DNA of 63,902 nt, filler included, from Olpidium bornovanus S191 (lineage: Eukaryota > Fungi > Olpidiomycota), in the NCBI GenBank assembly GCA_017911155.1. It is 27 parts of 27 records of this genome, joined end to end, with 100 filler letters (N's around TTAATTAATTAA, not from the genome) between each part and the next. Parts side by side here need not be neighbours in the genome. Positions count along the whole stretch, not along the records: positions 1 to 4,600 come from JAEFCI010001259.1; positions 4,701 to 7,807 come from JAEFCI010000883.1; positions 7,908 to 10,130 come from JAEFCI010000479.1; positions 10,231 to 11,665 come from JAEFCI010009378.1; positions 11,766 to 13,591 come from JAEFCI010002681.1; 22 more parts are not named here. One strand, 5' to 3'. Each line of letters starts with the position of its first letter. Positions within the stretch are counted from its first letter, which is position 1. Under the pieces are notes generated by a model, which was not told the DNA's origin, did no database searches, and saw only the letters and a list, made by a program, of their open reading frames with translations. Positions 1-11,787 of this stretch are shown here, one piece after another. A program made the position numbers and the translations under genes.

Positions 1-1
1 G

Positions 2-540
2 GGCTACCACCTGGACCGCGCAGGTCGCCTCTGCCATCGAGGATGCCTGTACGTACCGGATGACGGATCACTGCGCTTAGAGGTGATCCAGACAATACAC
101 GACCCGATACACACGGGCATGATGCGAACCGTCGATGCCCTGTGTAGGACCTACTACTGCCCGGGTTGCGGCAAGGACATCAAAACATGGATTGCAACCT
201 GCAACATGTGCCAATGGCATAAACCGAGGAATCGCCCGACCGGCCTCCTCCAACCCCTCCTCGTGCCGGAGGCACGCTTCGCCGACTATGCCATGGACTT
301 CTTTGCCCCGCCTATTTTCCAACGAGGAGAGATAACCAGGTGGCGGAGACGGGTCCGGCTCGGGCCAAGGTAGGGGCCGCGCGTCCAACCACGCGCTCAG
401 GGTGTGTGCTTGCGGACAGAGGGTCCGTTTTATGCCCATGTACTTGGTTCCTGGGCAGGATCATAGCCGGATGTTCAGCACCCTCCGCCAACGGGTCGAG
501 CATCTGTTCTGAGCAATACTATCGGATTCCATGCAAAATC
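2..540 (+). mobile_element. Degenerate Ty3/gypsy LTR retrotransposon pol fragment (integrase zinc-binding region and start of core)
   Basis: Frame from nt 2 reads LYVPDDGSLRLEVIQTIHD..HTG..RT..YYCPG..DI..CNMCQWHK..GLLQPL..DYAMDFF, the H-H-C-C integrase finger followed by GLLQP and MDF. Further on, PSANG..EQYYR lies in a shifted frame. Confidence 0.85.
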
Positions 541-807
541 GCAGCGAAATTTACCAAAAAAAAAAAAAAAAGACAGCGGGCAGCGGGCAGCGCTTCAATC
601 GCTCGTGATCAAGCATCTGTCCACTTTCGTCTTCGGTGAGATGATAAATAGGGAGACGGGAAGTAGCGTGAATTAAGGGTTGAGGCATGTGAGTTAGGGT
701 ATCGAAACCGGCAAGGCCTTGGAGAGCAAAACTAAATAAAAAAAGTCTTTGAGTCCGGGAGAATGGTGGTGAAGATCAGCTGTGTTTCGCGAGCAACACA
801 GGTTGCC

Positions 808-3800
808 CTATCCCTCGTCATGGATGTTCGTGACAAAAGGGTGCTTTGAGAGTTCCGCGGCCGTTGGTCGCTGGTTATGATCACTTTGTGAAGGCAAGAG
901 TCGAGATCCGGAGTTCAGAAACCGGACGATCAAACGGCGCCGTTAAGGATGTAACAGGTTTCGGCGTCCGGCCGCCGGCTGCTTTTGACTCACAGAGCAA
1001 AAGTTTTTGCCATGAAGTTCTTGGCCTCGTCGGATATATTCTCGGGTATGTTCGGCGTAGCGTACTGTCCGATCTTGAACATGGCCTGCATCTGCGTGTA
1101 TCCGCAGAACGGGTGTTCGGCTGTGAACATTTCCACTATCAGGCAACCCAGCGACCATATGTCGGCCTTTTGTGTGTAGTGCGTCTGTTTGACGACCTCC
1201 GGTGCCATCCTTAAATTCGCGCGCATCCGGAACCGGCGGATTCCAGTGCAGCGGACTAGCGGTGAGCGTTCGACTCCCGACAAAAGGCCAAGATCTATCG
1301 ATGCCCAAACGGACCCAGAAGAACTAAAAGAAAGCCCTCTTTTGATGGCGAACAATGCTCACCAGAATATCGATCCTTGCAAGCTCGCCCGGTGGTAGTT
1401 GGGGACGTTGCTTATTCTCATGATGTTTGCTTCCACCTTTTTGCTGAGACGAAGCCAGAGCATGCCGGCGGGTTCAGCTTCTACTTTTTTCCAATTCGCC
1501 CAAAAACTCCCTTCAACGGAGCGCACCTGATTCCAAAATCGCTGATTTTCACCACACCCTTGTTATCGACCAAAATGTTACCGCCCTTGATGTCCCGATG
1601 AATTATATCGCGGGCATGCAAATAGGTCAAGCCGGCAAGAATCTGAACGACGTAGCGCTGGACCATCTCTTCGCCGAAAGGTCCCCAATTCGCCAGCAGG
1701 CCAGACACGGAACCGCCGGGGACGTACTCGAGGAAAATGTTGAGGTATTTGTCGTCTGACTGAGAACCTTCCAAAGAACGGCGCGAATTGCGCGTACGTC
1801 AGCACCAGTAACGGAAATGACTGGAGGCCGATGCAAAACGGTTTCTTCGCTGTTTAGCCCCTCGTAGTCCGACGGCATCTCACCTAAGTACCGGACAATG
1901 TTGACGTGGTTCAGGTCTTTCAGCAGCGCAATCTCCCGTTGCAATGCGTCGAGCATGAACCGCTTGCGGTCTTCGTTTGCTCCCTCGGCGCTTGGCAGCT
2001 CTACCTGCTTGACCGCCATCAACTCCCCACTTTTCGCGTTCAGCCCTAGATAAACGCTTCCATAGGATCCCATGCCGATTAGCGCACCCTTCATCCATTT
2101 TATTTCCTTCGGCCCTGCGTATCAACGCGTGGACACAGGCAAAGTCAAGGACGGTTAATTGTTCCGCCGGGAAGACGCAGGCAGCACATTCAAATAAAAA
2201 AACAAAATGAAAAGAAAACAGACCACTGACGCTTGCTGGGCTAACCGGATCGTCGTCGTCATCGCCGTCGTCTTCATTCTCGTCGGAGTCGGCGCTTCTC
2301 TCCTTTGTATCCCCGTCGGAGTCGTCGTCCGGTTCGCTCTGAAGACGCAAAGGCGAGGAAACCGCCACGGGAGAGTTCCCATATCGAGACTCCGAGCCGG
2401 GGTTCTGCTCGGAAGCTGACGAGCTGGTCATGATGTTGAGAACGCTCTTCCTCTCGCTCAACTTCGGCGCGGCCACGGAGATTCCCGCCGCTCGAGCGGC
2501 TCGTGATTTGCGCAGGACACAATGATTGTGGCCGGGGAAATACTCGTCCAGGTTGGAGGAGATAAGCTCGCTGGGCGGACGCTCGCCAAAAAACTTTCCA
2601 AGTTTGGTCTGGGCGTTGGAGACGGGCGGTTTCTCCCCGAAGAAGTTCTCCAACTTCCGGTACTTGTGGCGGGCAGAGTCCTTGCGCTTGAAGTCATCGT
2701 GGCTCACGGGCTGGAATCGTTTTCGGAGCACGAGCCGGTCCTTTTCCGGCCGGTCGGATGACAAGCATATCTCCTCGATTTCCTCGGCGGACAGAGGCTT
2801 CACTGATTTGCCGGGGCGGCAGGCGAGACAGTTCGGTCGAGTTTACGTAAATCGCGGCCCCCAACAATAGGCCCTCCACTCAGGTACCCACCGCCTTCTT
2901 CGCCAGTCGCTAAGAAAAGCGCGAACTTGTCAGCATCCTCGGTGATGTTAAACTTTCTAAGTATCTTCGCTAGTATGCCTTTGGCCTTGAGATTTCTATC
3001 AAGGTTCACCATTCGAAATTGCCCGTCGTCTCCGACAACTCGTACGCAGTGCTGACACGATCGCAATGGAGGAACTGTCAGCCATGGACGGAAGTCAAGT
3101 ATCTCGAAAGAAAAAATCATTTTGCTCCTGTCGCGTCTAACCTGCTTCAGCGTATCTAAGGACCGGAACTCCCCTGCAAACTGAAGAAGAGGCCTTTTTT
3201 TTTTTATAAAACAACGTCGACCGCTGAAAAGGTCCTTTGCAACTATTTCTGTTTAAACCTCCTTACGTTTAACTTGGGAAAATCCACGGCGTACGTAGGG
3301 GGAGTACTTGCTGATACGGCCGTGGCGGAATCGTCAGGCGCCGGCTGCGCAATCCCAGGCGAAATCTGGCGACGGTGGTCCAGGTTCTTCGCGCCGAGGT
3401 CCATCCGGATGGCAAGCAGATTGGCCTTACGCAGCTGCTCTTGAATTTCCGGCATGGACGACGAAGCTGGAGCACTATGTGGTACGCGGGCGTCCGCAGA
3501 ATAACCGTTCTGGACCGCAAAAAGTCGTTGGGACCCCATCAGACCGGACGAGAGAAGCGATTGCCTGACAAAATTCCTACGGTGCGGAGCCGCGTCGTTT
3601 TTCGAGATCGCCTGCGCCTTGCCGGAAAATCAACTTCCTTACCGTTGCCGCCGATCTGCGAAGGTTCTTAACTGCCATCAGTAGCTTTACGCGCTGGCCA
3701 ACCGTGGAGACCGCAAGCTCTTTGAGGAGCTGGTTGTCCAGCTCCAGCAACACGTCTCCCGTAATGTCATTTTCTGGCAGGATAACAACAATCGCTACTG

Positions 3801-4055
3801 TCAAACCAGCCTGGCTCCTCACGCTAAATATCACGCGACAACCAATTCAGCATGGGCAAACAGTTCCGGCACGCAACAGTGATCTTCACCTGCAAATGCT
3901 TTCTGGTGCTGCCCGAAGTTGTTCTCACGCAACCACGCCGCGACCTGCCTTTGGCTCCACTTGCTGACGTCTTCGCCCGCGTAGTGACTGGCGTTCGCAT
4001 CGTCGAGCGCACGGTGCGGCAGCTGCGACGCCGAGGTGGATATGCGCAGCGGCAT
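808..4055 (-). CDS. STE11: Ste11/Byr2-type MAP kinase kinase kinase (SAM, Ras-association and kinase domains), multi-exon
   Basis: SAM: [15 protein letters not shown] and [34 protein letters not shown]: [16 protein letters not shown]. Also [12 protein letters not shown]. Kinase: [59 protein letters not shown]. Last exon [16 protein letters not shown] ends at a stop at 808-810. The ATG at 4055 is provisional. Confidence 0.93.
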
Positions 4056-4600
4056 CCTCAGCGTCTGTCCGCGGGAATCGCGCGACGTCGACCTGGCGCG
4101 GTCGGGTGGGAGTGCAGAATGGGAGGAGTGTTGGAGCCCAGGCGGTCAGGCGGTCGGCGGGCTGAGTGGACAAGCGGTATTGCGCTTCCCTTCCCACCTG
4201 TGGGCGATTCAGCGCCGCTGGGATCGGTTTGTGTCAGAAGACGACGATCTGATATGTGGACAAGCGCTGCGCGCTGCCTGGGTCTCTGATGAACGCGGCC
4301 GTAGAGGCTCAGCGTGTTGCCGTTTGTCCGTTATATTTTTATTTTGCGGATATGGATCCAGGAGCGGGGGAAGCGGAAGGGGGCGTTATACGCCGGGCTG
4401 TTGGTCGGGACCCCTCAATGTTACACCTTACACGACATCTTCCGCGAACGGGAAACATTGTACACCCCAAATAATTGTCCATGTGGACGCTCCCTGCTAC
4501 CCCCAGCACGAATACGTGGTATGGCAGCACTGTGGACACAGGCTGCCAGGTGTATGGAGTATACTGGAAGAAAACAACGCTGGGCGCACTGTGCTGGCAC

Positions 4601-4700
4601 NNNNNNNNNNNNNNNNNNNNNNNNNNNNNNNNNNNNNNNNNNNNTTAATTAATTAANNNNNNNNNNNNNNNNNNNNNNNNNNNNNNNNNNNNNNNNNNNN
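4601..4700. other. Artificial contig linker, first of 26 (others at 7808, 10131, 11666, 13592, 16848, 19332, 22207, 23411, 25263, 27033, 28208, 32498, 35170, 39236, 41736, 43769, 45240, 46774, 50739, 53052, 54477, 56293, 58513, 61287, 62636; each 100 nt)
   Basis: Identical 44N-TTAATTAATTAA-44N structure; the 12-mer gives stop codons in all six frames. Confidence 0.99.
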
Positions 4701-4737
4701 GGGGTGCTGCCCCCCCCCCCCCCCCCCCGCCCCCCGG

Positions 4738-4773
<36 letters not shown>

Positions 4774-5083
4774 GGAAAAGGGGGGGGGGGGGGGGGGAAG
4801 AGGGGTTGCGGCGGGTTTATTAAAGGCGCGGGGGGGGGGTTGGGGAAAAGCCGGAGGCAAGAATCCTCTTCGTCTCCTCCTTCGCCCGCTCCTCCGCCGC
4901 TTCCTCCGCTTCCACCGCGTTGCCTCTCGTTTTTCTCCTCTGCGTCTTCTTCTTCTCTCGTCTTCCGCCTTCCCTTTTCCGACGCGTTCCCTCGTCCCGG
5001 CGTCTGCACCCCCGCACACACACAACACACACACCCGGCGCACTTCCCGCGCCGGCCATAACCAGCAGCAGTAGCACAGCAAA

Positions 5084-6835
5084 ATGTCGCAACCAGCAGT
5101 AGTGGCGTCGTGCTTCGCCCACCGCTCGTCAAACCCCGCGGTGCAGGTCGCCACGGGCTTGGCGGGCGCGCGCCGGGCGATGCAGGCCGAGCTCCGCGCC
5201 ATGCTCACCGTTCCCCGCGACTACCTCGAGGCGATCGCGAGTCACCTCGTCGACGAGATCGACCGCTGCGCGCAGGCCCCCGGCCGCACGCTGGCCATGC
5301 TCCCGTCGTTCGTCACCGGCCGCGTGACCGGCCGAGAAGTGGGCACGTTCTACGCCATCGACCTCGGCGGCACCAACCTCCGCGTGTGCGAGGTCAAGCT
5401 CAACGGCGACCGCACCCACCTGCTCCACCACCAGAAGTTTCTCGTCCCCCAGTACGTCATGTGCGGCGGCCACAAGGAGCTCCTCTTCGACTTTATCGCC
5501 GAGTGCACCGCCGAGTTCCTCCGGAAGCGCGGGGCGGCGGCAGGCACGACCGCGGAGGCGGTTTTCGGGTTCACCTTCTCGTTTCCCGTCGTCACCGACT
5601 CCATCGACTCCGGAAGTGCGTTGCTTTTCGCCGCGCTTCCCTCAATTCTTTTTTTTTTATCTTTTGCCGCCAATTTTTTGTTCACCTGGCGGCTGACCCG
5701 CGCTTCGCAGTTTTAAAACACTGGACAAAAGGGTACAGCGCCAAGGGCGTAGAAGGCGCGGACGTCGTCCAGCTTCTCCAGGAGGCTTTCTCCCGCCGCA
5801 ACCTAAAGGCCAGAATCGTGTCCATTAACAACGACACTGTCGGCACTCTCGTTGCGCACGCATACGCGAATTCCAAGACGGAGATGAGCGTCATCATCGG
5901 AACGGGTTCCAACGCTGCGTATTACGCGCCCATGGACAAACTCACGAAATGGAAGGGCAGCAAGGTTGAGTCCGGCGAGATGATTGTTAACATGTATGTG
6001 CCGGCCGCTCGAACGTTGTGCACCTGGCGACGTGTTCTGCCGCTGACCGCGTTTGACCCGGACTGGTTGTTCGCCGGCTCAGTGAATGGGGGTCCTTTGA
6101 CAACGAGCGGAAGATCCTGCCTCTTACCCAGTTTGACAGGAAGCTCGACAGGGAGTCGATCAATGCTGGTCAGCAGATATTCGAAAAGGCCATCGCCGGG
6201 ATGGTATGATCCGCTCGGCGCATTTTCGGTGGTTGCTGTTGGGCGTTATTTGTGGTTGCTGTTGGTCTTTTCGTGCTGACCGAATGTCACAAATGTCTGA
6301 CCGCTTGCAACAGTACCTGGGCGAAATCGTCCGCAACATCATTGTTAGCCTCATCGACCAGGGTCTTCTCTTCGACGGACGGTCGGCACCGGCTCTGAAC
6401 AAGCCTTACGGCTTCGAAACGTCGCTGATGTCGCAAATCGAGATCGACGACACGGCGGACCTGGTGTACACCCGCGACATCCTGGAGCAGCACGTCGGCG
6501 TCCAATGCGACACCACGCTCGAGGAGCGGAAGTGGGTCCAGGAGATCGTCCGGCTAATCGGGCTCCGCGCCGCGCGTCTCTCCGCCGCCGCCATCTACGG
6601 CGTCTTGCAAGCGGGCGGGCAGAAGGACGAGTGCGACGTGGGCGTGGACGGTTCCCTCTTCCAGCTGTACCCCGGATTCAAGCAGCGCCTCGGCAACACG
6701 CTGCGCGAGCTGATGGGCGAGGAGCGCGCGTCCAAGCTCACGGTCTCGCCCGCCCGCGAGGGTTCGAGCGTCGGCGCCGCCATCATCGCCATGCTAGCGT
6801 CGAAAGGCGCGGTCGCTCGCGGTTCGAGCTTGTGA
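5084..6835 (+). CDS. HXK: Hexokinase, 4 exons (about 5084-5614, 5711-5993, 6082-6202, 6312-6835)
   Basis: Motifs MLPSFV, AIDLGGTNLRV, GFTFSFPV, WTKGY, NDTVGTL, IIGTGSNAAY, EWG, GLRAARLSAA, GVDGSLF, GSSVGAA; introns are GT-AG. Confidence 0.96.
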
Positions 6836-7410
6836 CCCCCGACCGCCCCCCACCAATCCCTTATATAACATCAGTTCGCGCTTAACTATCTTTTACCCCT
6901 TCACTGTACATATTATTCACGTTGTTTTTTGCGGACGAGGAAAAAAGAATTTTTTTCTGGTAGGGGGTGTGGGGGGGGGGACGTGGCCGGTAACACAAGC
7001 TCGCGAGTAGAAAAGAAGTAGGAACGGGAGAAAAGTTAAGAGCGCGCAAATCCGCGGCCCCGGCGTGTTTCTGCGCTCTGCTTTTCGCTCGCCGAGACCA
7101 AAAATCTCTTGTGCCGGCCGTGGACGACCGGGGGGGTGGGTGGAGGTCCCCTCGGGCGTCGGCCTTTTTTCGGGCCGTTTTCCCCGCTTTTGGTCTCTCT
7201 TTTTTAATTTTTTTTTTATTTTTTTTATTTTTTTTTTTATTTTTTTTTTATTTTTTTTCTTTGCTTTTCGTCCGCCGCCCGGGGGTCTCCCGGAAGCCCG
7301 GGTGCCCCCCCGTCGACGACAAAAACTTCTTGCAACAACGCGGTTCGATCCTGGCAGAGATGGCGAAAACAAAAAAAAAATGCGGGGTGCGCAGCAGCGG
7401 TTGCTCGCGC

Positions 7411-7442
<32 letters not shown>

Positions 7443-7451
7443 GAGAGAGAG
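7411..7451. repeat. (GA)n microsatellite
   Basis: About 20 GA units with one interruption. Confidence 0.9.
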
Positions 7452-8016
7452 GGGAGGGGGGTTGTTGATTTTGAAGAACGGCAGTGGCCGAAGAAGAACG
7501 AAGGTGCGAAGACGAGGACGGCGCTTAAGCGGGAAGACCGGGAAACTCTTTGTTCGGAGCTGTTCGTAGGCGGCTTCCCGACCTTGAGGAGCTACTTTGT
7601 CAGTCTGGTTTTTTTCACTTTGCCTCGCATTTCGACCTCGAGATTCGTTTCCGCCCTCGCAAACGCGCCTTTTCAGGGTCGTTTTTGCATGATTTTGCAC
7701 CCCTTTAGCCTGGTCCAACCTTGGGCGTCTCCTGCGGCCCCCATTGAGCGCGTGGTGCACCCCTGGCGAGCACTTTTCGCTCGGTCGCCATGGGGGCTGG
7801 TTTCCCANNNNNNNNNNNNNNNNNNNNNNNNNNNNNNNNNNNNNNNNNNNNTTAATTAATTAANNNNNNNNNNNNNNNNNNNNNNNNNNNNNNNNNNNNN
7901 NNNNNNNAAAAAACGGCAGCACGTCCCGTTGCTGCGGAGAGCTCGGTGGTGATGGCTTTTGCTTTACCGGAAGCGATCTTTTAAACACAGAAATGCGCGG
8001 AAAAGCCTCCAGTAGC

Positions 8017-8033
8017 AAAAAAAAAAAAAAAAG

Positions 8034-8123
<90 letters not shown>

Positions 8124-8130
8124 CCCCGGG

Positions 8131-8166
<36 letters not shown>
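8017..8166. repeat. Very long poly-A tract (about 100 A, a CCCCCCGGG break, then about 35 A); length may be inflated by assembly
   Basis: Read directly from the sequence. Confidence 0.8.
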
Positions 8167-8168
<2 letters not shown>

Positions 8169-8952
8169 AAAAGGAAGAGAAAAAGAACAAAAAAAGGGGG
8201 TGGGGGGTGGAAGGGAGAAAGGGGAGGTGGTGCGGAGGAAAGAAAGGAGGGGGGAAAGGGGGAAAGGGGGCGCGTGTGCCTGGCGTGCGATTGGAAATGA
8301 TTGCATTTGGGAAAATCCAAGAAATTTTGCACAAATCCGCACCAATGGCACGCGCACGCACCCCCGCCCTCCTCTCCCTCCCCCCCTTTTCCCCCCCCCC
8401 CACCCCCGCATTTCGCGCTCGTTAAGGGGGGGGGGAGGGGGGGGGAGGTGGGAGCGCTGGGTGCGCGTGCATGCGTGCGGCGCGCTGCGTGCTTTTGCTG
8501 CCGCGCGGAAGTGTGCGGGTGCGGTAGTGGTGCGCGGAGTGAGTGTGCGGCAAACAGATCGTCGGGAAGGGTGAGAGGGAGAGCGGTGGGGCGGGGGACG
8601 GCGCGTGGCCGCGGAAGGAAGACGAGGAAACGCCCGCTCCTCCTAAGCCCGCCGGCTGGCCCTCCCCCCGTCCCCTCTTCCCCGCGCCCTTACTTCTTTC
8701 CCCCCCCCTTTCCTCCTCCGCGTTTGGTTTTTTTTTTTTTTTTTTTTTTTTTTTCTCTTTTTTTTTCTTTTGCTTTTTTCCCCTTTCCCTTCTCCTTCCC
8801 CTTCTCCCCTCCGTCCGCCGCCGCCGCCGCCGCCTCCTCGTCCTCCTCCTTACTCTTCGTCCTTCCTCCTCCTCCTCCCCCTCCTCCTCCTACTTCTCCG
8901 CCTCCTCCTCTTCGCCCCTGCGCTGGCCCGCCCACCCTCTTCCCGCCTAACT

Positions 8953-9657
8953 ATGACCGTCTCCGTTGTCAAGCGCGGGTACGTCTCCGTTAAGGAGGAC
9001 GGGCTGAGATCATGGATATGGAGCAAGCGGTGGCTGCTCCTCCGCGAGCAGACCCTCACCTTCCATAGGAACGAGGTGAGAGGCGTCGAGACTCGGCGGG
9101 AGACGGAGGGAAGGAGGGAGGGAAGTTAAGAGAGGGAGTGAAAGAGAGAGAGAGAAAGAGAGAAAACGAGAGAGAGGAGGGAGGGAAGTTAAGAGAGGGA
9201 GGGAAAGAGAGAGAGAGAAAGAGAGAAAACGAGAGAGAGAAAGAGAGAAAACGAGAGAGAGAAAGAGAGAAAACGAGAGAGAGAAAGAGATAAAGAGAGA
9301 GACAGAGAGAGAGAGATCAAAACTTTATTTTTCGCTCGTTCTCTCGTGTTGTTTCTCCCTTTTTGTCGTCGCCGGTGGCAGCACACCTTCCAGGCCGTGT
9401 CCTTGGTGTTCTTGAAAGATGTCGAGTCCGTCAGCCGAAACGAGCTGCGGCCGTACTGGTGAGTTTCTTTCCCCGCTTCCCTCGCGGCCGTTTACCCGGT
9501 GACCAGCACGGCGCTTCCGCGTCGCCTCCTCCCGCTCTTTCCGCTCCTCCCGCTCTTCCCGCTCTTCCCGCTTTCCTGGCCCCCAGTTCAGCTGATCCGC
9601 TGGTTTTTTTTTGGTTTTGCTTGCCGCTGACCCCGATGGCGAAACTCGCGCCTTCCC

Positions 9658-9688
<31 letters not shown>

Positions 9689-10130
9689 TTTGCCCTCTGT
9701 CAGCTTCGAGCTTGTCACCAAGGATCGAACGTACCAGATATCATGCAAGAGCGACGAGGAGCTTTATTCGTGGATGGACGAGGTTTACCAGCGGTCGCCG
9801 CTCACGGGGGTGTCCAACCCGACGAACTTCGTGCACAACGTCCACGTCGGCTTCGACGCCAACACCGGCACGTTCACCGGCCTGCCTGATCAGTGGAGCA
9901 GCCTGCTGACGCGGTCGAATATCTCCAAGGAGGACTACGCGCGCAACCCCCAGGCCGTTCTGGACGTTCTCGAGTTCTACACCCGGCAAAACAAGGACTC
10001 TTTAATCTCCATGGACAACAAAAACCTCCGCTCCGCCGACGTCGACGGCGCCTCCCTCGCGAGCGTGTCCGGCCTGGGCGACGCGCATTTGCAGGTCCTG
10101 GTCCCGCCGGGTCGAGGTTCCAGCCACGAA
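8953..10130 (+). CDS. CLA4: Cla4/Skm1-type PAK kinase, N-terminal PH and CRIB region, 3'-partial (exons 8953-9075, 9382-9458, 9704-10130)
   Basis: PH: [32 protein letters not shown], then [32 protein letters not shown]: [16 protein letters not shown]. Then [12 protein letters not shown]. The spliced exons stay in frame. Confidence 0.92.
9105..9317 (+). repeat. Purine-rich tandem repeat inside CLA4 intron 1 (two ~63-nt units, then ~22-nt AAAGAGAGAAAACGAGAGAGAG units)
   Basis: GGAGGGAGGGAAGTTAAGAGAGGGAG(T/G)GAAAGAGAG... occurs at about 9113 and 9176. Confidence 0.85.
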
Positions 10131-10230
10131 NNNNNNNNNNNNNNNNNNNNNNNNNNNNNNNNNNNNNNNNNNNNTTAATTAATTAANNNNNNNNNNNNNN
10201 NNNNNNNNNNNNNNNNNNNNNNNNNNNNNN

Positions 10231-10408
10231 ACCACGAACGTCATCTTCGCCCCGTGCACACACCCGCCTCTGCGAGAGGTTAGCCTAGAAATATCGTCGT
10301 TTCAGTAGACGTGATCCGAACGGACAGCGGCAAGTGTTCTGGGCGCTCATGTGCCGGCCGACCACGGAAAGGATGGCCAAGTCCTTGAGGACATCCACCT
10401 GATTTGTT

Positions 10409-10441
<33 letters not shown>

Positions 10442-11665
10442 AGGGCGAACGCTCCGGAAATTACTGATTTGAAAGCTCCTGCCTGACGTATCAACAATCC
10501 TGTCGCGTGAAATCAACACGTTGAGCAGGAATGCAAAGCCGCCACGATCATCGGCACTCACCCTCCCTAGGCTCTTCAACTCGTTCAGCACGTTCTCCAA
10601 ACCGAACGCCCCCGTGTCTCGGAGTCCAAGGACCATGGACACGTGAACTTCGGATGTTGATATCATATCCACCACCAACCGGTGCCTGTCCAGCAGCGAG
10701 AAGATATTTGCGAGGAAACCGTGGGAAACGGACTTTCGGTTGGAGTGAACGTTGAGGACTATCACGGGTTCCTTGACAGTGACGGCTGTCGGCAGGCGGC
10801 GAGTGAGGTTGGCCGAGTAACCGCACTCGGACAGCAACTTCCTGAGCTTCGGCGGGATGGTGCCGGATAACGAAGCGGGCGCGCCCGCCGCGTGCTTCTT
10901 CTTCGGTGCGTTGCACGAAGACGGCGACCGGGACCTCTCCCGAGCCGCATCCCGCTGCTGCTTTTCCTCCTCCTCCGCGGGGGCCGCGCCGTGCAGTGGC
11001 GCCGCGGATGCTCGTCTGGGCGCACACGACACGTCCGGGAATATCACCGTCCCTCGGCCCTCCGGTCTCTGCACGTTTTTGATCCGGATAGGGATTTGCG
11101 CGCGGATGACCTGGTCCATCGTGAACGGGTGGATCACCTCAGACCCGTAGTATGTCAGCTCCGCTGCCTCGTCCGGGGTTACCATCGGCAGGAGCCGAGC
11201 CCGCGGGACCTTGCGCGGGTCTGCGGTGAAGATGCCGTCCACGTCTTTCCACACCTGCAGCTCATCGGCGCCTAGGCCTACCGCGGCCAGCGCCGCAGCG
11301 AGGTCCGTGTAGCCCCGGCCTACAGTGGCAAGCAGCGAGCCAGGGACGTTGCCAAAGTACCCTGATCAGAGTTTTAAAGAACTGTTAATCCCTCGTCAGA
11401 AAAGCATATTCAGTTAGCAAGCTCCTCTGCGGACAACCGTCAGCTGCGCTCACCCGTCACCACGGGAACGTTCTCCCCGCATTTTTCTAGCTTGTATCCG
11501 ATCTCCTTGCTCAAATAATCGTAAAAGCTCTGATCTAGGATTTCCTCGTCCCAGGACCGCTGGACGATGTTTTCCAGAGAAACGTACTCGGACAGTACGC
11601 CGCGGTCCGCCAGAACAGCAGCCACCAAACGACACGAAAGCTTCTCCCCGACAGAAATAATCATG
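10231..11665 (-). CDS. HOM3: Aspartate kinase (kinase domain and first ACT domain), partial at both ends
   Basis: GEKLSCRLVAAVL, GRGYTDL, WKDVDGIFTADPRKVP, EAAELTYYGSEVIHPFTM, IPIRIKN, HSNRKSVSHGFLANIF, VDMISTSEVHVSM. Confidence 0.95.
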
Positions 11666-11787
11666 NNNNNNNNNNNNNNNNNNNNNNNNNNNNNNNNNNN
11701 NNNNNNNNNTTAATTAATTAANNNNNNNNNNNNNNNNNNNNNNNNNNNNNNNNNNNNNNNNNNNNCCCCCCCCCTACAGAACCATCC

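Noticed and set aside
4419-4600. TGTTACACC... as the start of a solo LTR, with a GGAGTATACT word shared with the AT-rich end at 61200-61286
   Set aside because: No second LTR copy, CA end, primer-binding site or polypurine tract is visible, and the shared word is only 10 nt.
4645-4656. Regularly recurring TTAATTAATTAA as a CRISPR-like or biological repeat
   Set aside because: It is always centred in a 100-nt N spacer and is a six-frame stop linker.
4701-4850. Poly-G/poly-C tracts as G-quadruplex regulatory elements (also 29607-29652, 52906-52950)
   Set aside because: They sit mainly at contig edges where short-read sequencing fails, so length and purity cannot be trusted.
7860-8574. ORFs with poly-Lys, poly-Phe, poly-Gly or poly-Pro runs (also near 4645-5200, 22255-22506, 29409-29874, 52519-53099)
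   Set aside because: They are translations of homopolymer tracts in non-coding DNA, often crossing N linkers.
808-10130. Ste11 MAPKKK near a Cla4 PAK as a signalling gene cluster; likewise any clustering of flagellar or meiotic genes
   Set aside because: The genes lie on different contigs joined by artificial linkers, so their order carries no synteny information.
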